DNA from: Minisyncoccota bacterium
GTDB taxonomy: Bacteria; Patescibacteriota; Minisyncoccia; Phycocordibacterales; UBA12079
DNA: 64,000 nucleotides
Assembly: GCA_023140255.1 (NCBI GenBank)
Contig: JAGLLX010000003.1
Coordinates: 7,485 to 71,484 of the forward strand
Reading direction: 5' to 3'
Within the stretch, counting starts at the first letter, position 1, and each line of letters starts with the position of its first letter. The position numbers and the translations under genes are program-made. Under the pieces are notes generated by a model. The model did not search any database and was not told where the DNA came from. It was given only the letters and a program-made list of their open reading frames with translations. Below, one piece after another: positions 63,783 through 64,000 of the stretch.

Positions 63783-64000
63783 AATATTAGTTAAGAGTTT
63801 ATTAATTAGTAATTTAAAGTTTTAGATTTATGAGTTTCTTCTTCTCATTAACTTAATTTTTTCTAAAAAGAGAATCATTATTATAATTGCTACCCATATA
63901 GTTAAGAATATTATAAAAATTTTACTTTCACTACTAATTATAAAAAAATTAAAGAAAGTGTGCAATGTAACTGAGAGGATAAACCCTACCAAAAGAAAAA

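Overview
This is an AT-rich (roughly 30% GC by eye), gene-dense bacterial window whose content looks like an ultra-small, host-associated lineage (CPR/Patescibacteria-like). That placement is an inference from the gene content only. The supporting observations are a PheT that lacks the N-terminal OB-fold tRNA-binding domain, a short 505-aa Rel/SpoT, a lamin-tail-domain protein, a sortase with CARDB domain, and many small membrane ORFs.

Housekeeping genes readable from the translations are gatA, rsmI, pheS, pheT, gyrB, miaA, trmD, ddl, trxA, trxB, ychF, leuS, mltG, hsp20, and a KH-domain protein. There are four tRNAs: initiator fMet, a second CAU tRNA, Asp, and Ala on the minus strand.

The middle of the window (about 11.4-29.8 kb) is an ~18 kb surface-glycan locus. 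It holds at least 9 GT4 and 3 GT2 glycosyltransferases, a GT11 fucosyltransferase, SAM methyltransferases including a GT2-methyltransferase fusion, and a Wzm/Wzt-type ABC exporter.

The unusual content is as follows:
- A REP-associated tyrosine transposase (RAYT) sits inside the glycan locus. Four copies of a 21-nt palindrome (tttggaagccgggcttccaaa) lie in-frame inside coding sequences, including inside the RAYT gene itself.
- A dispersed ~90-120 nt structured element (cccgttagagat ... atctctaacggg ATG) lies immediately against the start codons of unrelated genes. There are four copies.
- The pheS-pheT pair is split by MazG-like and NYN-domain genes. PheT itself carries an inserted NlpC/P60 papain-like domain in its B5 region.
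- A free-standing double-motif LAGLIDADG homing endonuclease is wedged between tRNA genes, and its stop codon lies inside tRNA-Asp.
- An orphan MazF/PemK toxin sits in the glycan locus.
- A sortase(+CARDB) locus lies beside a Cys-rich tandem-repeat surface protein that ends in a VPYTG-hydrophobic tail.
- A VirD4/TraD-like ATPase is followed by a protein with two LTD domains and a PKD domain.
- Several short dispersed DNA motifs (GTCTATAAAGTC, gctttccgcccaaggcggaca, CGGCTCA..TGAGCCG) recur in the window.

All domain calls come from reading motifs in the supplied translations. No database search was run.
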